Notes under the pieces: generated by a model
Told to the model about the DNA's origin: nothing
Seen by the model: only the letters and a program-made list of their open reading frames with translations
The model's database searches: none
DNA from: Octopus sinensis
Taxonomy: Eukaryota
Assembly: GCF_006345805.1 (NCBI RefSeq)
Contig: NC_043025.1
Location: forward strand, 14,756,001 to 14,820,000
Reading direction: 5' to 3'
DNA: 64,000 nt
Part shown: piece after piece, positions 63,340-64,000 of the stretch
Position numbering within the stretch: the first letter of the stretch is position 1
How the letters are laid out: each line of letters opens with the position of its first letter
Translations under genes and position numbers: made by a program

Positions 63340-64000
63340 TGCAATGGCCAAAAGTTAAGGGTCACTTAGAAAAAATATGAAAAATGGAACAAGAACAAAA
63401 AAAGAAACCCTTACTATTAATATTTTGTGAAGATCCCTTTACTATCAATGACCTCCTGACATCTGTTACCACAGGACTGAATTAATTTCTTGCAAAATGA
63501 TGGAGTTATATTGTTCCATTCATATTTCAATAATTCCCAGAGTTCTTTGGATTTCTCCTTTGTACTCCAACTCCAATGATCTCCCAAATATTTTCCATAG
63601 GATTGATATGAGGACTTTGAGGTGACCAGTCCGTGAGATCAACCCCTTCATCACTCAAAAAGTCTTTGACTCTCTTTGCAGTGTGATGGAGTGTTGTCCT
63701 GCATGGAGATAGGCGGTTGAATTGATGAGGATCGGAGATGTGGAAGAGCATGCTGTCTAAGAATCTGCATGTAGGGTTCAGCATTGACAGTCCCTTGTAG
63801 GCAAATAAGTGGACCAGGACCAGCAGCAGAGATCACTCCCTTCACCATTACACAGCCTCCTCCATATTTTACTGTCTTCTTTACACATGCACGAGATAAC
63901 CTTTCACCACTTCTTCGTTGGATGTTCATCCTACCATCGGATCCAATCACATTAAACTTCAATTCATCTCTAAAATGGATCTGTGACCACTGCTTGTCTG
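63340..64000 (-). mobile_element. Tc1 (DD34E) transposase remnant, cut by the window edge
   Basis: KFNVIGSDG..KKTVKYGGGCVMV..MQDNTPSH..WSPQSPHINPMENIW, with frameshifts. Confidence 0.88.

Overview
Eukaryotic, AT-rich, repeat-dense genomic DNA. The SINE/LINE/MITE families and the (TA)n/(CA)n load look like an Octopus-type cephalopod (inference from familiarity with these repeats, no search run). No rRNA, true tRNA gene or CRISPR array is supported. Host genes: (1) a single-coding-exon ATAD1/Msp1 AAA+ ATPase on the minus strand (27055-28287) with an apparent 5'-UTR intron; (2) the last three coding exons of a RASAL1/RASA4-like (GAP1 family) RasGAP on the minus strand (61670-61805, 54437-54557, 51380-51563), which splice in frame and encode the PH-domain end plus a BTK motif; (3) an acidic/Pro-rich probable terminal exon on plus (8031-8677); (4) an unidentified 342-aa ORF made of three basic-helix repeats (22226-23254). 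The rest is mobile-element debris: RTE and CR1-group LINE ends, several tRNA-derived SINEs, and mariner, maT, Tc1, hAT, Merlin, piggyBac-, Kolobok- and Helitron-type elements. Notable structures: two inverted copies of a composite Helitron (A|TC...hairpin-CTAG|T) carrying captured DNA (34057-35990 and 37639-39184); a 35-copy 95-bp satellite amplified from a transposon TIR tip (29925-33247); a minisatellite block that splits a mariner fossil; and a Penelope-type hammerhead-like motif. Repeat boundaries were read by eye and are approximate unless a junction is quoted.
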